Source: Dehalococcoidales bacterium | GTDB lineage: Bacteria; Chloroflexota; Dehalococcoidia; Dehalococcoidales; BS750m-G39 | Length of the DNA: 53,473 bases | Assembly: GCA_034409905.1 (NCBI GenBank) | Contig: DAOUMR010000080.1 | Span: 1 to 53,473, forward strand | Direction: 5' to 3' | In this document: positions 35,721 through 44,849 of the stretch, piece by piece | How the letters are laid out: every line of letters begins with the position of its first letter | Numbering within the stretch: the first letter of the stretch is position 1 | Notes under the pieces: generated by a model | The model's input: the letters and a program-made list of their open reading frames with translations, nothing else | The model's database searches: none | Told to the model about the DNA's origin: nothing | Made by a program: the position numbers and the translations under genes

Positions 35721-36377
35721 CTACTCTCTTTCGCCGAATATCAGGGTGCCGATTCTGACCAGGTTAGCCCCTTCCTCCAGGGCTACCGGATAGGAATTGG
35801 TCATACCCATAGACAGGTATTTCATCTCGACATTCGGTATTTTAAGCGCCTTGATGCGCTCGAAAATCTTTTTGGTGGTGATAAAGTAGGGGCGGGAGTC
35901 TTCGGGGTTGCCGAAGCGGGGCCCCATGGTCATCAGCCCCTTTACCTTGATATTAGGCAGACGTGCGATGGCCTTGACCAGTTCCTCGGCCTTTTCGGGC
36001 AGGACGCCCGCTTTCTGGGGCTCCTTGCCGCTGTTTACCTCGACCAGCACCGGCATCACCTTATTAATCTGGGCACAGCGCTTATCAATCTCCTGAGCCA
36101 GCTCGACCGAATCAACGGTCTCTATCATGTCGAAGAGCTTGACCGCTTTTTTGGTCTTGTTCTTCTGCAGGTGGCCGATGAAGTGCCACCTTGCCTTTTT
36201 GCCGATAGCGGGGTAGATGGCTTCGGCTTCCTGGACGTAGTTTTGCCCGATAATCTTTATCCCCGCCTCGACGGCGGCCAGCACTTCATCCGCCGTCCTC
36301 GTCTTGGCGGCGGCGACCAGCTCCACCCCCTCGGGCAGCTCTTGGAGCAGTTTCTGCGTGTTTTCCCTGATTCCCAT
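35721..36377 (-). CDS. yggS: YggS family pyridoxal phosphate homeostasis protein
   Basis: 218 aa. LVAAAKTRT (PLP Lys), WHFIGHLQKNK, SMGMTNSY pattern. Confidence 0.85.
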   Translation of the reverse strand: MGIRENTQKLLQELPEGVELVAAAKTRTADEVLAAVEAGIKIIGQNYVQEAEAIYPAIGKKARWHFIGHLQKNKTKKAVKLFDMIETVDSVELAQEIDKRCAQINKVMPVLVEVNSGKEPQKAGVLPEKAEELVKAIARLPNIKVKGLMTMGPRFGNPEDSRPYFITTKKIFERIKALKIPNVEMKYLSMGMTNSYPVALEEGANLVRIGTLIFGERE

Positions 36378-36388
36378 TATTAATTACT

Positions 36389-36826
36389 TTAAAGTTCGAA
36401 GGTCACGTTAGATAAAGCATGATAGTAATTACCCCAACGGGCGGTAAAGCGAAGAACGCTGTAATCGGGGTCGGTTACGCCTAAAGGATAATACTTTTCA
36501 GAATCTTCATTCCAGAGAAGTCGCCTTGACTCAATATCCTGAAGCACCTCGACATTCCCGACCAGCATCAGTCCCTGGAACTGGTCAAAATCTGCAAAGT
36601 AGACACATGCTCTTGGGTCCCGCTTGAGTTGGGCGACTTTTTTCGACGAGGTATTAGTACTGAACCATATTGTCTTAAGATTATCGGATTCTATCTTTTG
36701 AATGGTATTCATATTGAACATGGCTTTGATATTGGGATAGCCATCCTCGCTATTAGTCCCTAACATGGCAAAATTGGAACGCTTGACCAGAGATATGGCC
36801 TCTCTTATCGCTTCGTCTTGTTGCAT
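36389..36826 (-). CDS. Pyridoxamine 5'-phosphate oxidase-like FMN-binding (general stress protein 26-like) protein
   Basis: Start taken at MQQDEAIREAISL (ATG 36826, SD AGAGGGGA). Split-barrel pattern ...AMLGTNSEDGYPNIKAM... Lower GC than its flanks. Confidence 0.55.
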   Translation of the reverse strand: MQQDEAIREAISLVKRSNFAMLGTNSEDGYPNIKAMFNMNTIQKIESDNLKTIWFSTNTSSKKVAQLKRDPRACVYFADFDQFQGLMLVGNVEVLQDIESRRLLWNEDSEKYYPLGVTDPDYSVLRFTARWGNYYHALSNVTFEL

Positions 36827-36937
36827 AACTCTATCCCCTCTATGCAGGTATGCGGGGATTGCCCAGACCATTATAGTATATTCCGCATAGATTTGCGAAG
36901 AGGAACATAGATAGAATGAAAGCGGTAGCAGACTGGC

Positions 36938-37664
36938 CTAGCTGGCGGCAGAGCTTCTCCTCAGGGTGATAGCCGCCAGTATCAGCAGCCCAACGGCATA
37001 GCCCGCCAGCACGCCGACGTCTTTGCCGATGTCCAGCAAGCTTTGGCCCTGGACCATCAGGGCTTTGATTCCGTCCACTCCGTAGGTCAGGGGCAGGGCC
37101 TTGGCCAACCACTGGAGATAGTTGGGCATCTGCTCAACCGGCCAGAGCAGCCCGCAGAGAACTATCTGAGGCAATATGATTAAGGGGATGAACTGCATCA
37201 TCTGGAACTCGTTGCGGGCCAGTATGGAGAAGAAAATACCCATGCAGACCGCCCCGGTGCCGATAAGAATCTGGAAGACGAGGATTTGCCACAGGTCACC
37301 ACTGAAGCTGACATCGAAGACATAGGTGTTGTAAAAGAAAAGAACCATGGTCTGAATCAGGGCAAAGAGCAGGAAGCCGAGCAGATAACCGCCCACTATA
37401 TCCAGCCGCGAGACCGGCGAAGCCATCAGACGTTCCATGGTACCCTGGGAGCGCTCCCTCAGGGAGCTGATGCCGGTAAGGATGAAACCGAAGAAGAGTA
37501 TCAGTACCGCCAGCATGGGTGGAGCCACGTAGTCCAGAGTTGTTTTATCAGGTACGATGACACCGACGAGGCTGGCGATGACCAGGGGGACAGTGATCAG
37601 CAGGACTAAAGTGCGACGGTCGCGGAGCAGTTGCAGGATAATCCGTTGGGCGATGGTCAGTGTG

Positions 37665-37675
<11 letters not shown>
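36938..37675 (-). CDS. ABC-2 type transporter permease
   Basis: 245 aa, 6 TM. Start overlaps the upstream ATPase. Confidence 0.65.
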
Positions 37676-38410
<735 letters not shown>

Positions 38411-38414
<4 letters not shown>

Positions 38415-39055
38415 AGGGCGTCCTCCTTTGGTTCTCCCTCGTTGGTCAGGCCGTAAAACACGAAGTTCATCAGCTCTTCGGCTACTTTTTCGCGTGGGAG
38501 GCGGTTTATCGGGCTGGCCTCGCCTTCCATTATTTTAAGGATGAGGAAGCCCATAATCAGGCCACCCACCGCCCTGACGGTGACGGCTGGCTCCATAGAG
38601 CGGACTTTGCCGGAGGCCATCATCAGGCGGAACATCCCATCCATCTGCGACAGAAAGGGCTGGAGAAACTTTTCGTTCCAGAGGGCTTTCAGCTCCGGGT
38701 CGCGCTGGACTTCCCCCATGATAGAGGGCAGGCGGGATATCGGCTCGCTGTCGATGAGGTCGAACCGGTTATACATAATCTGCTTGAAGGTGGCTTCGAG
38801 GTTTTCCCCTCGGGGGAGCTTGGCGATGAGGTCGAGGAGGGGAGTGGTGATGATGAAGTTCTTGATGACGGCGACGAAGAGCTCCCGTTTGCTGGGGTAG
38901 TAGATATAGATGGTGCCGGTGGCGACGCCAGCCGCCCGTGCGATTTCGGGTATGGTCGCCGCCGCATAGCCTTTACGGGCAAAGACCTCCAGCGCCGCCT
39001 TCAGGATTTGTTGCTGGCGGGTGGTTCGCTTTTTCTTTGACTTTCTGTCAGCCAT
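38411..39055 (-). CDS. TetR/AcrR family transcriptional regulator
   Basis: N-terminal HTH (ILKAALEVFARKGYAAATIPEIARAAGVATGTIYIYYPSKRELF). First gene of the TetR-ATPase-permease operon, with overlapping junctions. Confidence 0.8.
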
Positions 39056-39160
39056 TGCCTATCCGTCAATACCAATGAATGAACGTTCATTCATATTTTA
39101 CTAAGGGCAAAAGCTCTTGTCAAGTGGTTGGGTGGAGGGGTGGGGTGCAAAGTAATGAAG

Positions 39161-39234
39161 TGGCTGCCGAGCCAGGATTCGAACCTGGGTCAAAGGATCC
39201 AAAGTCCTCTGTGCTACCACTGCACCACTCGGCA
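39161..39234 (-). tRNA. tRNA-Gln (UUG)
   Basis: Acceptor UGCCGAG/CUCGGCA, anticodon loop CUUUGGA, T-arm CCAGGUUCGAAUCCUGG, CCA encoded. Confidence 0.9.
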
Positions 39235-39241
39235 TCAAAGA

Positions 39242-39330
39242 TGGTGCCGAAGGTCGGGTTCGAACCGACACGGGGGTTGCCCCCCAACAGTTTTTGAGAC
39301 TGTCGCGTCTGCCTGTTCCGCCACTTCGGC
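39242..39330 (-). tRNA. tRNA-Leu (CAA)
   Basis: Acceptor GCCGAAG/CUUCGGC, anticodon loop CUCAAAA, long variable arm (UGGGGGGCAACCCCCGU), CCA encoded. Confidence 0.9.
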
Positions 39331-39430
39331 TCTGAGTCCTTAAAAGTGCCTCAGGTTGCCGTATTTTACTGCATAACAGGGTAGGGCGCAACAAGAAGTG
39401 CCGATAGGCGCACGGTTGGGGGAGGGGAAA

Positions 39431-39502
39431 AGCGGAAGACGAGATTCGAACTCGCGACCCTCTCCTTGGCAAGGAGATGCTCTACCGCTGAGCCACTTCC
39501 GC
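39431..39502 (-). tRNA. tRNA-Gly (GCC), CCA not encoded
   Basis: Acceptor GCGGAAG/CUUCCGC, anticodon loop UUGCCAA, T-arm GCGAGUUCGAAUCUCGU. Discriminator U is followed by UUU, not CCA. Confidence 0.9.
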
Positions 39503-39551
39503 ATATTCACCCACAAAAATCTTTGATTTTTGCGGGGACCCGTTATTCAAG

Positions 39552-39627
<76 letters not shown>

Positions 39628-39643
39628 AAAGGATACGGGAGAT

Positions 39644-39672
39644 ATTGTAACTACTAGCTATAGCAGTGTCAA
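39644..39672 (-). promoter_or_regulatory. Sigma70-type promoter for the tRNA Phe-Gly-Leu-Gln operon
   Basis: Minus strand: TTGACA (39667-39672), 17 nt, TACAAT (39644-39649), 16 nt before the tRNA-Phe 5' end. Confidence 0.5.
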
Positions 39673-39684
39673 GCAAGTGGGGTA

Positions 39685-39713
39685 TTGACAAAGCCCCGAG
39701 TTGCTAGTAATGT
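39685..39713 (+). promoter_or_regulatory. Sigma70-type promoter for the 39754 gene (divergent from the tRNA promoter)
   Basis: TTGACA (39685-39690), 17 nt, TAATGT (39708-39713). Confidence 0.45.
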
Positions 39714-39753
39714 CTAAATCACCTGATACAACCTGTTCATGCCGGAGGCGGCT

Positions 39754-40287
39754 ATGAAAAGGTCTGTCTTAAGGTGGGAACTGGTCGGCATCGGGGTCAT
39801 CTTCATCGTGGGGGCGATGTTCCACTTCCTCTTCGAATGGGCGGGCGGTTGGTCTCCCGTGGGCGTTATCGCCGCCGTCAACGAGAGCGTCTGGGAGCAC
39901 TTTAAGATAGCCTTCTGGCCAGCCCTGATTTACGCCATCATCGAGTACCCCTTCCTCAAGCGCTCGGTCAACAACTTTTTTATCGGCAAAGCCATCGGCC
40001 TCTACGTTATGCCCGCCGTTATCGCCGCCATCTTTTACGCCTATACGGCTATCTTCGGCGAGGAGATTCTGGCCGTCGATATTACGATATTCTTCGTGGC
40101 CGTGGCGCTGGGACAGTTCGCCAGCTACAAGATATTGACCCTGAAACAGTGGCCGAAGTGGCTTTGCGGGTTGGGGGTGGCAATGGTCATCCTGCTGGCG
40201 GCGGCTTTCGGCGTTTTTACCTTCTATCCGCCGGAGCTTGGCATATTCAAAGATGCGGTGAGTGGGGGTTACGGGATTATACATTAG
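39754..40287 (+). CDS. Multi-TM membrane protein, DUF6512-like
   Basis: Start moved to ATG 39754 (SD GGAGG 5 nt upstream). Motif AAVNESVWEHFKIAFWP recalls the DUF6512 family (from memory). 5-6 TM. Confidence 0.5.
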   Translation: MKRSVLRWELVGIGVIFIVGAMFHFLFEWAGGWSPVGVIAAVNESVWEHFKIAFWPALIYAIIEYPFLKRSVNNFFIGKAIGLYVMPAVIAAIFYAYTAIFGEEILAVDITIFFVAVALGQFASYKILTLKQWPKWLCGLGVAMVILLAAAFGVFTFYPPELGIFKDAVSGGYGIIH

Positions 40288-40316
40288 GGGGAACAGGGTC
40301 TTTAAGGAGGAAAAAG

Positions 40317-40778
40317 ATGAGCCGATTTACCGAGGTACTGACGGTATCACCTCTGGCCGATGGTAGGACCTGGGTTACCAGAAAGGACTTTGGCTATGAC
40401 GTTGGTGAGGAAGGCAGCGGCAACACCATTGATGTGCCCATAGGCTTTATGACCGACTTTGCCAGCATACCCCGACCGCTCTGGGTAATCCTGCCGAAAT
40501 GGGGGAAATACGGGAATGCAGCTGTGATTCATGACTATTGTTACTGGGAGCAGAGCCGTTCCCGTCCGGAATCCGACCAGATATTCCGCGAAGCCATGGG
40601 AGTGTTGAACGTGGCTAAGTTGACGAGCTTTGTTATGTACTGGGCCGTCAGGCTGTTCGGTTGGGGGGCTTGGGTGGGAAACAAGCGCAAGAGAGAGACG
40701 GGCATAGACAGGGTAGCGGAAACGATGCCGGTTAAATCGGTTGAGCTGCCCGAGACACTGCAGGCGAAGCAGCTTTAG
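40317..40778 (+). CDS. DUF1353 domain protein
   Basis: Start at ATG 40317 (SD AAGGAGG). IDVPIGFMTDFASIPRPLW...AAVIHDYCYW is the hallmark DUF1353 pattern (F-x-T-D-x-A-S-I-P ... H-D-x-x-Y). Confidence 0.65.
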   Translation: MSRFTEVLTVSPLADGRTWVTRKDFGYDVGEEGSGNTIDVPIGFMTDFASIPRPLWVILPKWGKYGNAAVIHDYCYWEQSRSRPESDQIFREAMGVLNVAKLTSFVMYWAVRLFGWGAWVGNKRKRETGIDRVAETMPVKSVELPETLQAKQL

Positions 40779-41019
40779 CTATAGGGGGGTGGGGGGTACC
40801 CCCTTAGTTACTACGAGCGACAATTCTGATGAGTAATCGGTTTAGGGTTACCGTGGCCAGGGTACTGGAGGCTCAATCCGTGGCCTTGGCGGGGGCGGGA
40901 ACGGTTCCCCCTTGCGTATTGGTTTGGGAGGAGCCTCGCGCCTGTGAGGCTTAACCTCGGGTCTTCTAGTTGGCGGGGGTGCTGCTTTTTTGCCAGGCTT
41001 TTCTTCTGGTGACATTGCC

Positions 41020-41541
41020 TTATTCCTCCGGTATAAAGAAACTATCAGAAGGGAGTTCCCTCTTTACTTGCTCGAAACAAAGTCTTCTTAATTTCTCGTC
41101 TACGCCTTCAGTAGGTTCTTCCTTAATAATCGTAGTTTTGGTTTTCATGAGCGTCAAGAAGCTATTTCGCATTTCGTCATCATACTTTCCGTACGCATTT
41201 ATTGCTAATATGAGTTGTTGTAGCCCGTCATCCAGTAGACGCCAATTGGTAAGTACTTGGCTCTTCTTCTGGACTTGGTCGGATAGCTTGACTATTGGCT
41301 TGATAACAGCTAAGAAGGCAGCAAGAGTGGCTAGGGCTTTCCAAATAATACCGCCGACAACAGTTTCCCATATCCATAAGCCTGCGACCCCAGATGATAC
41401 AGAAACTGCGAGCACTATCTCGACGAGGATATTGTTTCGCCGAAGCTTGCTGAGTTGTTTTTCATAATAGCGCACGTTTAATCTAGCTGTCCTGTATTCA
41501 TCGTAAACGTCCCATACAGGATGTTTAGATTTAGTGAGCAT
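41020..41541 (-). CDS. 2-TM protein with flanking helices, SLATT/DUF4231-like (tentative); AT-rich orphan
   Basis: 173 aa. Basic N-terminal helix (YDEYRTARLNVRYYEKQLSKLRRN), a TM hairpin (ILVEIVLAVSVSSGVAGLWIW / GGIIWKALATLAAFLAVIKPIV), then a roughly 90-aa helical tail. The layout matches my memory of SLATT-clan proteins, but sequence identity is unverified. That it is a real CDS is more secure (about 0.6) than the family call. Confidence 0.4.
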   Translation of the reverse strand: MLTKSKHPVWDVYDEYRTARLNVRYYEKQLSKLRRNNILVEIVLAVSVSSGVAGLWIWETVVGGIIWKALATLAAFLAVIKPIVKLSDQVQKKSQVLTNWRLLDDGLQQLILAINAYGKYDDEMRNSFLTLMKTKTTIIKEEPTEGVDEKLRRLCFEQVKRELPSDSFFIPEE

Positions 41542-41578
41542 GTTTATCCACCGTTGGCCTTATTACCCTCTGTGCTTT

Positions 41579-41633
41579 ATTTTACATCTTAATAGACAAT
41601 TGTCAATGTGTAAAAGTACAATTTTTGTCTATT
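41579..41633 (-). promoter_or_regulatory. Promoter of the 2-TM gene overlapped by a 9-bp inverted repeat (operator-like)
   Basis: Minus strand: TTGACA (41601-41606), 16 nt, TAAAAT (41579-41584). AATAGACAA (41591-41599) and TTGTCTATT (41625-41633) form a perfect inverted repeat straddling the -35 box. Confidence 0.4.
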
Positions 41634-41667
41634 GGTACTTATCTAAGAGGATATACAGTTGATTCTC

Positions 41668-42501
41668 TTACCCCACCACCACATTATCTATCAATCTAGT
41701 CTTCCCAAACCTCACCGCCATCGAAATCAGCGCTGGCGGTTTTAGCTTGTCCAGTTCGTCCAAAGTCTCGGCGTCGGCGATGGAGATGTATTCAATCTTT
41801 GCCAGGGGCTGCTGCCCAATGAGGGCGGTCATTTGCGCTTTGATGACTTTGGCGTCTTTTTCCCCCTCGGCATAGAGCTTCTGGGCCAGCTTTAGCGATT
41901 GATACAAAACCGCCACCTGCTTCCTCTCCTCGGCATTGAGATAGGTGTTGCGGCTGCTCATAGCCAGGCCGTCGGGCTCGCGCACGGTGGGCACGGCCAC
42001 GACTTCAATGCCCATGTCGAGGTCGGCGGTCATCTTTTTGATAACCAAAAGCTGCTGGGCGTCCTTCTGCCCGAAGTAGGCTTTGTCGGGCCGGACGATA
42101 TTAAAGAGCTTGGCGACGACGGTGGCTACCCCCCTAAAGTGACCGGGGCGGGCGGCGCCTTCCAGTCGCTCGGTTAGCTTGCCTACCTCCACCCAGCTGT
42201 CAAAATCGGGGGGATACATCTCCTCCGCCGAAGGCATAAAAACAAGGTCGGCGCCTTCTTTCTCCAGTAGCGCCAGGTCGCGCTCGGGGTCGCGGGGGTA
42301 TTGCTTAAAGTCCTCATGGGGACCGAACTGGGTGGGGTTAACGAAGATGCTGACCGCTACCGTTCGGGTTTCCGCCCTGGCCCGCCTGACCAGTTCCAGG
42401 TGACCCTCGTGGAGATAGCCCATGGTGGGGACAAAGCCCAGCGGTTTGGCGAGCTTTGGCCTTAAATTTCTCAGTTCGGCGATGGTTTTGACGATTTTCA
42501 T
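41668..42501 (-). CDS. panC: Pantoate--beta-alanine ligase
   Basis: GFVPTMGYLHEGHLELVR (HIGH-type motif) and the rest of the PanC pattern. 277 aa. Confidence 0.9.
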   Translation of the reverse strand: MKIVKTIAELRNLRPKLAKPLGFVPTMGYLHEGHLELVRRARAETRTVAVSIFVNPTQFGPHEDFKQYPRDPERDLALLEKEGADLVFMPSAEEMYPPDFDSWVEVGKLTERLEGAARPGHFRGVATVVAKLFNIVRPDKAYFGQKDAQQLLVIKKMTADLDMGIEVVAVPTVREPDGLAMSSRNTYLNAEERKQVAVLYQSLKLAQKLYAEGEKDAKVIKAQMTALIGQQPLAKIEYISIADAETLDELDKLKPPALISMAVRFGKTRLIDNVVVG

Positions 42502-42529
42502 GAGCTATTTTCCCCCTCTTAACGCCTGT

Positions 42530-42538
42530 ATTATACCA
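42530..42538 (-). promoter_or_regulatory. Extended -10 promoter element for panC
   Basis: Minus strand: TGGTATAAT (TGn + TATAAT), about 28 nt upstream of the panC ATG. SD AGAGGGGG in between. Confidence 0.35.
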
Positions 42539-42547
42539 TAGCTCCTG

Positions 42548-42577
42548 TTGACAGCCGCCTGCCTGTTGCCTCATAAT
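42548..42577 (+). promoter_or_regulatory. Sigma70-type promoter placing the plsY start close to its ATG (near-leaderless)
   Basis: TTGACA (42548-42553), 18 nt, CATAAT (42572-42577), 9 nt, ATG 42587. No SD. Confidence 0.45.
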
Positions 42578-42586
42578 TTATTAACC

Positions 42587-43201
42587 ATGGTCGGCGAAGT
42601 TTTCCTAGCTCTGCTGGCGATTAGCGTCGGCTACTTGCTCGGCTCGATTCCATCCGCCTATCTCATCGGGCGCTGGCTTAAAGGGTTGGATTTGAGAAAG
42701 GCCGGGGACGGGCGGCTGGGGGCGGCGTTGACCCGTCGCCGTGTGGGCTTATTCGGCAGCATCATCGTGGCCATTATGGATGTGGGCAAGGGAGTGGCGG
42801 CGGTACTGATTGCCATGGTATTGGGATTACCCCTGGCGGTGGTGGCTGTTGCCGGGCTGGCGGCGGCGGTGGGGCACAACTGGTCGCTCTTCCTCCAGTT
42901 TAAGGGGGGGAAGGGGGCGCTGGTCACCTTCGGGGTGCTGGCGACGCTGATGTTCTGGCAGCTTATCACCGCCATGGCCGTGGCTGGCATAGTCCTCATC
43001 TTCACCAACAACAAAACCGGGTTTTCCACCGGGGTCGCGTTTTGCTTTCTGGCCCTCCTCAATCTGTTTACCGGCAGCCCGATAGTGCTGGTCATTACGC
43101 CCATCTTTCTGGCGGTGCCAATGGTCTTGAAGCATATCTCCATGTCTAGAGCGGGCGACACGGTAATAGCTGGCGTCGAGCATCAAAGCGAAAAGGGCTA
43201 A
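42587..43201 (+). CDS. plsY: Glycerol-3-phosphate acyltransferase PlsY family
   Basis: Start taken at MVGEVFLALL (ATG 42587). GYLLGSIPSAYLIG, HNWSLFLQFKGGKGA motifs. 5-6 TM. Confidence 0.8.
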   Translation: MVGEVFLALLAISVGYLLGSIPSAYLIGRWLKGLDLRKAGDGRLGAALTRRRVGLFGSIIVAIMDVGKGVAAVLIAMVLGLPLAVVAVAGLAAAVGHNWSLFLQFKGGKGALVTFGVLATLMFWQLITAMAVAGIVLIFTNNKTGFSTGVAFCFLALLNLFTGSPIVLVITPIFLAVPMVLKHISMSRAGDTVIAGVEHQSEKG

Positions 43202-43239
43202 AGAGAGTAAGTTCCTCTTTCCTCAAAAAGTCTTCGAGT

Positions 43240-43560
43240 TGTATCCCCGCCACCTTGATAGCGTAGGTATTATCGTCCCACCCAATGCCCACCCTATAAG
43301 GGTGGTACCCCTTATATATCCTCCTGTGGGGTTACGCCTCCCGACTCCACCTTGTCATTCCCGCCCCGTATCCAGTGTACGGGGTAAACTCCGGCGGGAA
43401 TCCAGTCCCTCTTCCCCCCACCCCTTAAGATTGCTTCGTTGCTGTGCTCCTCGCAATGACGATAGCACTGGGGGTTTTTAAGGGGGGCGAAGCCCCCCTT
43501 TGAAAGACGTTTGTGGGTGGGTTTTGGGTGGGACGATAATACCTGGGGGTGGGGCTAAAG
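43240..43560. repeat. Mosaic repeat cluster R9 (A, nested P1, P2, H, reversed A half)
   Basis: A(+) at 43245-43340. ATTCCCGCC[CCGTATCCAGTGTACGGGGTAAACT]CCGGCGGGAAT (43357-43401). GATTGCTTCGTTGCTGTGCTCCTCGCAATGAC. AAGGGGGGCGAAGCCCCCCTTTG. GGGTGGGTTTTGGGTGGGACGATAATACCTGGGGGTGGGG (A reversed). Confidence 0.85.
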
Positions 43561-43562
43561 CC

Positions 43563-44429
43563 CTATTTCACCCAGCTGACCTCGTGCTGGGGGGTGAGGT
43601 TATAGATGATAAAGCCGAAGGGCTTTTCGATTTTTTTGACTACCGGTGGGCGGTGGGGTGTCCCCTTGGGCACGGTGATGACGGTGGGGAGGTTGAAGGT
43701 TACCTTTTCCCCTTCCGGGCCCAGCGCTATCTCGATTTCCGCCCCCAGATAGCCCAGTTCTTTGGGGTGGGTGCCGATGAAAATCATGAGCTTGTCATAG
43801 GGGTGGGTGTGAGCGCCTTTCCCCGGATACCAGGGACCGGTCTCGGTGCAAAGCCCCGCCGCCATGTGCATATTGAACCCCTCCAGCTGGTCGCCCGTCA
43901 GCCAGGTAAGCTCGGTGTTCTTTGGGTCTTTGTGGACTTTGAGCGGTTTGATTAAATGGCTGTACTTCTTGCCGTCGGTGGGCTTGGGCTTGGAGTCGGT
44001 GGGCCACCACTCGATGCTCTGGTCGGGGCCGAGAATGATGTGGCCGTGGGCGAATGAGTTATCGATTCTCTTAGTGTAAAGCGGGCAGTGGGGCAGCCCC
44101 TTGGGCAGCAGCACCAGGCAGGGCTTGTTGATTACGTGCTTTTCCTGCTCGGCGCCGAGCGCTATCTCGAATTCGGCGCCTAAATAATCGAGCCTGTCGG
44201 GGTCGTGGCCGAAGAAGATGAGAGACTCGTCGTAGGCGGGGTGGACGTGGGGGCCCGCCCGGGGGTGCCAGAGGCCGGTTTCTTCGTAGCGGCCCATGGC
44301 GAAGTTGATGGGGAAGTTTTCCAGGTCTTTGCCGTATATCCAGATGAGCTCGCGGGCGTTGGCGCCCGAAGGTTCGCCTTTGTTGATGGGCATTGTTTTA
44401 ACCAGGTGCGCGTATTTGGTTCCAGCCAT
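43563..44429 (-). CDS. Internally duplicated (two roughly 140-aa halves) cupin-like protein of unknown function
   Basis: Both halves share KY(A/S)HL(V/I)K..., H(V/T)HP(A/Y)D..(L)IF.G..P..L.YLGAE.EIALG.E.EK......P....PKG.PH.P. The His-rich pattern and beta-rich composition suggest a bicupin. Family unverified. Confidence 0.5.
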   Translation of the reverse strand: MAGTKYAHLVKTMPINKGEPSGANARELIWIYGKDLENFPINFAMGRYEETGLWHPRAGPHVHPAYDESLIFFGHDPDRLDYLGAEFEIALGAEQEKHVINKPCLVLLPKGLPHCPLYTKRIDNSFAHGHIILGPDQSIEWWPTDSKPKPTDGKKYSHLIKPLKVHKDPKNTELTWLTGDQLEGFNMHMAAGLCTETGPWYPGKGAHTHPYDKLMIFIGTHPKELGYLGAEIEIALGPEGEKVTFNLPTVITVPKGTPHRPPVVKKIEKPFGFIIYNLTPQHEVSWVK

Positions 44430-44499
44430 GATAAACCCCCTGAGTTTTAGTCTAACGATAGTGTAAGGCTAAGGGCGTGTCTTTGGCAAGCAGGGCGCT

Positions 44500-44770
44500 T
44501 TCCCCCAGTCTCCCCACTCTGTTAGCGAACGTATTATCTTCCCACCCTGCCCGCCCTTAGATGGGATTCACCCTCTAGAATTCCTTCCGGATGTGTTTTG
44601 CCTCCCCGCCCCGTTTTAAATCTTTTCCCGCCCGCCGCCCTTTAAGGTAGAAAGGGGGCTTTGCCCCCTTTAAAACCCCCCAATAAGGGATTTATAGAGG
44701 TCTAACCTCTGTAGGGTGGGTATTGGGAGGGACAGAGAAACGTTCGCTGACAGGGTGGGGGTGAAAAAGG
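44500..44770. repeat. Mosaic repeat cluster R10: A(+), X, H, A(-), i.e. inverted A copies at both ends
   Basis: TCCCCACTCTGTTAGCGAACGTATTATCTTCCCACCCTGCCCGCCCTTAGATGGGATTCACCCTCTAG... CCCCGTTTTAAATCTTTTCCCGCCCGCCGCCCTTTAAGGTAGAAAGGGGGCTTTGCCCCCTTT ... TATAGAGGTCTAACCTCTGTAGGGTGGGTATTGGGAGGGACAGAGAAACGTTCGCTGACAGGGTGGGGG. Confidence 0.85.
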
Positions 44771-44849
44771 GTTGTGGGGACTCCTTTAGGCTGGTAGGGT
44801 TCTGTGAGGATAATTGAGGCTTTGTAAGGATAAGTAAGTTAAGGTACGG

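Noticed and set aside
40149-40316. N-terminal extension of the DUF1353 gene overlapping the end of the upstream membrane protein gene
   Set aside because: A strong SD (AAGGAGG) precedes the internal ATG at 40317. The extension is Gly/Arg-rich and overlaps the previous gene in another frame.
40826-40833. CTGATGAG string (hammerhead ribozyme core-like)
   Set aside because: No matching GAAA/CGAAAC core and no three-helix junction could be built from the surrounding sequence. It is probably coincidental.
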